Virus record (IMG/VR): IMGVR_UViG_2627854282_000001 | Coordinates: 49,354-113,353 of that record | Direction: 5' to 3' (one strand) | Length of the DNA stretch: 64,000 nt | DNA from: a virus | Lineage: Duplodnaviria > Heunggongvirae > Uroviricota > Caudoviricetes | In this document: piece after piece, positions 61,568 to 64,000 of the stretch | How positions within the stretch are numbered: position 1 is the first letter of the stretch | How the letters are laid out: each line of letters begins with the position of its first letter | Program-made: the position numbers and the translations under genes | Notes under the pieces: model-generated | Seen by the model: the letters and a program-made list of their open reading frames with translations, nothing else | Database searches by the model: none | What the model was told of the DNA's origin: nothing

Positions 61568-62004
61568 TGGCGTCACGCGTCGCGCCATCAAAAACCGCGT
61601 TCCGGACATCGGCGCGCGCCCGCGAAGTCGAGCCGGTCAAGAATGCGCGACATCTCGCTTGGATCCGGACGCTGCCGTCGGCGGTCTCCGGTCACGAAGG
61701 CTGCGTCGCCGCGCACCTCAACTTCGCCGATCGCCGATACGGGAAACCGGAGCGCGGCAAGGGCAAGAAGGCAGACGACCGGTGGGTGTTGCCGCTAACG
61801 CCATACGAGCATACCGACGGACCCGACGCGCAGCACAGGACCGGCAAGGAGAAAGCCTGGTGGGACGCCCGCGGCATCGACGCCACGACGCTTGCCAACG
61901 ACCTGTGGCGCGTCAGTGGCGACACCGAGACCGCCCTGGTCATCCTCCAGGAGGCGCTGCGCGGCCGCGCCAAACATCAGCGAGCGACTCAGCCAAGGGC
62001 ATAA
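61567..62004 (+). CDS. hypothetical phage protein with H/C-rich putative metal-binding segment (145 aa)
   Basis: HLAWIRTLPSAVSGHEGCVAAH...YEHTDGPDAQH; family not confidently recognised. Confidence 0.45.
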   Translation: MASRVAPSKTAFRTSARAREVEPVKNARHLAWIRTLPSAVSGHEGCVAAHLNFADRRYGKPERGKGKKADDRWVLPLTPYEHTDGPDAQHRTGKEKAWWDARGIDATTLANDLWRVSGDTETALVILQEALRGRAKHQRATQPRA

Positions 62005-62006
62005 CG

Positions 62007-62264
62007 ATGATCCACGCAGAACTCCACGATAAGACCGGCAAGAAGATCGTAGAGCTTTGGATGGCCGAGGCTCCAGCCGTGGGGTCTCTAATTTGGATCA
62101 CCGGCGCTCAACGCGTGCCGGTCTTCGACCAATACGGCAGCGGCAGTTTTATAGTCGAGGCCGTCGCTCATTGGGTTAACCCGGACTGGTCTCCGTCGAC
62201 CCATGCTGGCGAGCCGATCCATAGGCTCTGCATCTATGTCAAGCCGTTAGCGGAGGCCGCATGA
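62007..62264 (+). CDS. hypothetical protein (85 aa)
   Basis: ATG 2 nt after the upstream TAA. Confidence 0.4.
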   Translation: MIHAELHDKTGKKIVELWMAEAPAVGSLIWITGAQRVPVFDQYGSGSFIVEAVAHWVNPDWSPSTHAGEPIHRLCIYVKPLAEAA

Positions 62265-62503
62265 CCGTCGATCGCACCCCTGGCCAGCTCATCGGCGAGG
62301 CCATCGACGCCGCTGAGCGCGTCTTTCCAGGCGCGGACTGGCTGTTCGGCAAAGGCAAGGTGAACCCAGACGAGCCGCTCTACGGCTTCCGGGTCTTCGC
62401 GCCTGGCACAGAAGACGTCATCGCCGAGGGCGAGCATGACGATCCGGTGGAGTGCGTCATGATGGCGGTCGACCCCAGCCGCCGCGGAAGAGCGCCGTCA
62501 TGA
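62261..62503 (+). CDS. hypothetical protein (80 aa)
   Basis: Coupled ORF. Confidence 0.4.
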   Translation: MTVDRTPGQLIGEAIDAAERVFPGADWLFGKGKVNPDEPLYGFRVFAPGTEDVIAEGEHDDPVECVMMAVDPSRRGRAPS

Positions 62504-62516
62504 GGCTTCCTCCGCC

Positions 62517-62807
62517 ATGACGAAGCTGGACGACTTGCCTTTGTTCGCCGGCGATCGAGAGATCGCGGAGGCGATTGTAGGCAAACGTGATGCAGAAAAA
62601 TGGATGAAGGAGCGCCTTCCGACCCTTGCGCAGAAGGCTGGTTTCCCTGCTATTGATGCCTTTCACGGCGGGCGGGCGGTGCCGCTCGTCAAGCGCTTCT
62701 ATGAAAATTACCTCGGATTGCCCGTCGAATCCGCCAAGGGCAAGCCCGACGGCCAGGAGGACGACAGCGCATGGAACAAGCGAAAGCGCCGGGGCTCAAG
62801 TGGATGA
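62517..62807 (+). CDS. small protein upstream of integrase, possible excisionase/recombination directionality factor (96 aa)
   Basis: Position immediately 5-prime of int on the same strand with ATGA coupling; no strong HTH recognised, so the call is positional. Confidence 0.35.
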   Translation: MTKLDDLPLFAGDREIAEAIVGKRDAEKWMKERLPTLAQKAGFPAIDAFHGGRAVPLVKRFYENYLGLPVESAKGKPDGQEDDSAWNKRKRRGSSG

Positions 62808-64000
62808 AGCGCGCCAACGGCGCCGCACCAATCTGGGTCGCCGATGAGGCCGACGTGAAGAAGGGCTTTCTTCCCAAGACGGTCAATCTGTCGATGTTTG
62901 TCGACCAGCCCGACATCCTCAAGGCGAAGTGCGATGCCCTCCAGGCGGACATGCTTCTATGGCGCGCCGGCTATCGCAACGATCCCCTCGCCTTCGACGG
63001 CACCGTCAAATCGCTTCTCACGATGTATCAGTGCCATGACGAAAGCCCGTTCAAAAAGCTGAAACCGGCGTCCCGCCGGACCTATGTGGGCTTCCTCTCG
63101 AAGATCGAGGCGCATATCGGCGCCAGACGTGTTGACGCCATCAGCGGCGTCGACATCATCCGCTATCATAAGGTTTGGTCGAACGCCGGCCAGAACCTGG
63201 CGACAGCGGCGATGTGCCGGTCGATCCTCGAGTCCGCGCTCAGCTTCGGCGTCATGAACAAGCACAACGAATGCGCCGGGCTGCTCCTCATGCTGCGCGA
63301 GGCAAAGAAGAACCTCTCCCGGGCGTCGCCGCGCACCCAGGTCATCACCGCGGCCCAGGTCGCGGCCGCCCGGTCCGCCGCTCGTGCAGCGAACCGGCCG
63401 TCGTCGGCACTCGCGTACGCCTTCGCCTTCGAGACTACGCTCCGGCTCTGGGATGTCATCGGCCAGTGGTATCCGATGAACGAGGGTGGCCTCTCCGACG
63501 TCCTCGATCCCGCCAACGGGGAGAAATGGTTTGGTCTCCGTTGGGAGGACATCGACGAGCACATGGTGCTCCGGTTCACGCCTTCGAAGACGGAAGAGAC
63601 GACGGGGCGGAAAATTATCTATCCGCTGGCCAAGGCGCCGATGGTGATGGAAGAGATCAAGCTTGTCCCGCAGGAGCTGCGCGTCGGCCCGATCATCGTC
63701 TGCGAGGACACCGGCATCCCCTACCGGCCGAAGAACTTCGCCTATCGCTGGCGGCTGGACCGCAAGGCGGCGAACATCCCGTCGACGGTCTGGGCGCGTG
63801 ATCTGCGCGCCTCCGGTCTCACCGAAGGCCGCGCCGCCAATGCCTCGATCGAGGACGCCGCGAAGGTCGCCGGCCACACGGGGCCGACCACAACCGCCAG
63901 GGTGTATGACCGCGCTGTCTTCGAGGCTGCCGACCGATTCGCCGATGCGCGGCTGCGCGGGCGCGAACAGAGCGGTAACGGCAGCGGTAACGGGCGGTAA
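62804..64000 (+). CDS. int: tyrosine recombinase / phage integrase (398 aa; complete, TAA is the last 3 nt of the window)
   Basis: ATG at 62804 overlaps the upstream stop (the ORF track extends to 62771). C-terminal catalytic region WARDLRASGLTEGR...AKVAGHTGPTTTARVYDR (R, H-x-x-R-like, Y). Confidence 0.75.
   Translation: MKRANGAAPIWVADEADVKKGFLPKTVNLSMFVDQPDILKAKCDALQADMLLWRAGYRNDPLAFDGTVKSLLTMYQCHDESPFKKLKPASRRTYVGFLSKIEAHIGARRVDAISGVDIIRYHKVWSNAGQNLATAAMCRSILESALSFGVMNKHNECAGLLLMLREAKKNLSRASPRTQVITAAQVAAARSAARAANRPSSALAYAFAFETTLRLWDVIGQWYPMNEGGLSDVLDPANGEKWFGLRWEDIDEHMVLRFTPSKTEETTGRKIIYPLAKAPMVMEEIKLVPQELRVGPIIVCEDTGIPYRPKNFAYRWRLDRKAANIPSTVWARDLRASGLTEGRAANASIEDAAKVAGHTGPTTTARVYDRAVFEAADRFADARLRGREQSGNGSGNGR

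Noticed and set aside
1-64000. tRNA, rRNA, CRISPR arrays, insertion sequences, attachment-site direct repeats
   Set aside because: No tRNA-like conserved arms (TAGCTCAG/GGTTCGAATCC) were seen. No regular repeat-spacer arrays and no transposase-like ORFs. The integrase ends exactly at the window edge, so any attachment site lies outside the window.

Overview
High-GC (alphaproteobacterial, Rhizobiales/Mesorhizobium-like) DNA. The whole 64 kb window lies inside a large temperate-phage-like integrated element, and no capsid, tail or terminase genes occur in it. It carries regulatory, replication, recombination and DNA-modification functions and ends with a complete tyrosine integrase whose stop codon is the last 3 nt of the window. 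Layout: (1) 1-8456, minus-strand genes: hypothetical and Cys-rich proteins, an HTH regulator, a 664-aa conserved unknown, two translationally coupled HNH endonucleases. (2) 8457-9455, an unusual ~1 kb GC-rich non-coding repeat region. (3) 9456-25699, a plus-strand module in which most genes carry the same short leader motif (small GC hairpin, TAACC, GAAAGGA Shine-Dalgarno sequence (SD)). It encodes a DUF3150 / MoxR AAA+ ATPase / vWA-metallopeptidase trio, a HigA-like HTH, a beta-clamp homolog, Dam-type and a second N6-adenine methyltransferase, and many small unknowns. (4) 25821-43822, a minus-strand module: DnaB helicase, Toprim primase-like protein, DGQHR ParB-like protein, DnaA-domain-IV HTH, SNF2 helicase, PAPS-reductase (DndC-like) protein, VRR-NUC-like nuclease. 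It also holds a 780-aa C5-cytosine methyltransferase whose target-recognition region is about 8 tandem 40-aa repeats, a GcrA homolog, RuvC-like resolvase, HU, an MT-A70 methyltransferase, a sigma-70 family factor, an SPFH protein and an acyl-carrier-protein-like protein. (5) 44206-44882, a Cro-like/CI-like divergent switch with TGAAAG-N5-CTTTCA operators. The same operator recurs upstream of a ProQ/FinO-family gene at 46584, next to a candidate promoter-to-terminator sRNA. (6) 47851-62807, a plus-strand module: SMC/SbcC-like ATPase, PD-(D/E)xK exonuclease, RecT-like protein, DnaQ-like exonuclease, a second beta-clamp, ASCH protein, second DEDD exonuclease, MucR/Ros homolog, HerA/FtsK-like ATPase with tandem wHTH repeats, radical-SAM SPL-like protein, then integrase. 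No tRNA, rRNA, CRISPR or IS elements were recognised. All functional calls are from motif recognition by eye; no database search was run.
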